DNA of 62,546 nucleotides, filler included, from Stramenopiles sp. TOSAG23-6 (Eukaryota): NCBI GenBank assembly GCA_900128565.1. It is 6 parts of 6 records of this genome, joined end to end, with 100 filler letters (N's around TTAATTAATTAA, not from the genome) between each part and the next. Parts side by side here need not be neighbours in the genome. Positions count along the whole stretch, not along the records: positions 61,142 to 62,546 come from LT639101.1; 5 more parts are not named here. One strand, written 5' to 3'. Of the stretch, positions 61,229 to 62,546 are shown piece by piece; the first letter of the stretch is position 1; the number at the start of each line of letters is the position of its first letter. A program made the position numbers and the translations under genes. The notes under the pieces were generated by a model. That model did no database searches. It saw only the letters and a list, made by a program, of their open reading frames with translations, and was not told where the DNA came from.

Positions 61229-62546
61229 ATTACTTGGTTGCTTTGCTTTCTCTTTTATCCATATTTTTTCAGATGCAGTTTGAGCCTTTTCTCTTTCTAA
61301 TCGTTTTAGTTTTGCTTCTGATGCTTGAAGGCGAAGAGAAATCCATAAAAGTTCTTTTTTGTGTTTAATTTCTTCTGCTCTTGACTGATGTATTGTTCAA
61401 ACAATATTTAAAAAAATTATTTTTTTTAGGTATAGTACTACATTTGGATTTTCTATAAAACAAAAAAAGAAAAATATAAATTTGAAATGAATGATAAACA
61501 ATCAAAAAAAATCGTTTTTGTTTTCTATTAAAATTTCGTATAAAACAAAATAAATTTGAAATTGAAATGAATGATAAACATACATGAACTTCACGTTGTT
61601 TCAAAAGATAATTATCTAACTTCTCTAATAATTCCAAATGTTTTCTTCGCTTAATTTTTGACTTTTGAATTATATCCTCAACAACTTTCATTTTTAATGT
61701 ATTTAAAAGCCTGATTTGATTATTACATCGCAAACGTGAATTTGTCAGAGTTTTTGTGAGATCTTCAGGACGTAGATGTAATTGTAAAGCATTCAGACCA
61801 TGTACAGTGAAAAAATATATCAAATTTAAAATTTGAAAAAAACAATTGTTAGGTACAAAATTTCGTATGAAACCAAAAAAAAAAATGAAATGTATGATGA
61901 AAACGTACATCCAGTGTCGAAAGTTCACATGCGGTGCGATAAGGCAAAGAGCGAGGAGATTTATTTTGTTTCAATTGAAACATGAGCATACCACATCTAA
62001 AAATATCTTCTGAAGATGTACCTCTAAGGAATTCAGGAATGTATTCCAAACCTCTTTTATATGGAATATTTGTATTTTTTGTATTTTTTATATTTTTTGT
62101 ATTTTTTGTATTTTTTGTATTTTTTGTATTTGTACCAACTAAAAACTCTTCATATGGATCTATCTCTTCTGATACATTACCTTGAAATATCCAATTACTT
62201 AACATATACCCATATGGTAAAAAACTTTTTATAAATAATCGTCTAAATATTTGACCAATTCCTCCACGTTCATCAAATCTTTCATTCAGACAATTTATTT
62301 CAGATAAATTATAATTATTAAATGAATTTTGTGTATTTTGTGAAATGACAACACCATCAGAAGCAGTAAAACTTCTTTCAGCCATGTTAAATAACAAAGT
62401 TAATAACTTTGCACCACGTGGCAAATGTATTTTGGAAAAATATTAAAAAAAAAAAATTTTGAAAATTTGTTAGGTACAAAATTTCGTACGAAAACAAAAA
62501 TCGAAATTGAAAAAAAATAAAAGATACTTGATCGATTGCCTCTCGT
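61229..62546 (-). CDS. Gamma-tubulin complex component (Spc97/Spc98 family, possibly GCP6), internal exons 62546-62528, 62424-61909, 61799-61584, 61387-61229
   Basis: PRGAKLLTLL, LPYGYMLSNWIFQG, DPYEEFLV, IPEFL, IFRCG. Family introns at 62425-62527, 61800-61908, 61388-61583 and <61142-61228. Confidence 0.75.

Overview
AT-rich, gene-dense eukaryotic DNA in the standard genetic code, from a flagellated protist; a marine stramenopile-like organism is plausible but not proven. It is not one locus. Six contigs (the four complete ones 12,132, 12,128, 12,125 and 12,124 nt, in descending length) are joined by 100-nt N/TTAATTAATTAA/N linkers, so gene order across linkers means nothing. Recognisable genes: DNA-PKcs 3' part, SpoU/TrmH methylase, Nup188-like, VPS13 N-terminus, BAG6-like UBL protein, CFAP77-like, TruA, katanin p60, NudC/CS protein, BT1 transporter, CDK7, SPCS1, a DnaJ protein, an ARM protein, PI synthase, TilS, ornithine cyclodeaminase and a gamma-tubulin complex component. 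The main finding is that almost every intron belongs to one family of about 90-110 nt (about 40 copies by hand count, including partial and mirrored ones). Consensus: GTATGT-T(n)...TTTCGTACGAAATTT(T/C)GTACCTAAC...AAATATTTTCCAAAATACAT. Restoring conserved reading frames (CDK7, DNA-PKcs, katanin) requires most of these introns to end in AT rather than AG, giving GT-AT introns. They have short terminal inverted repeats and a probable AT target-site duplication, as expected of an introner/MITE that creates non-canonical introns. Other candidates: a glutaredoxin-membrane selenoprotein (in-frame TGA plus SECIS-like hairpin), a micro-exon surface-protein gene with a second AT-ending intron family, and a 4.26-kb perfect palindrome that is probably an amplification artefact. 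All splice sites are inferred from reading frame; there is no RNA evidence.
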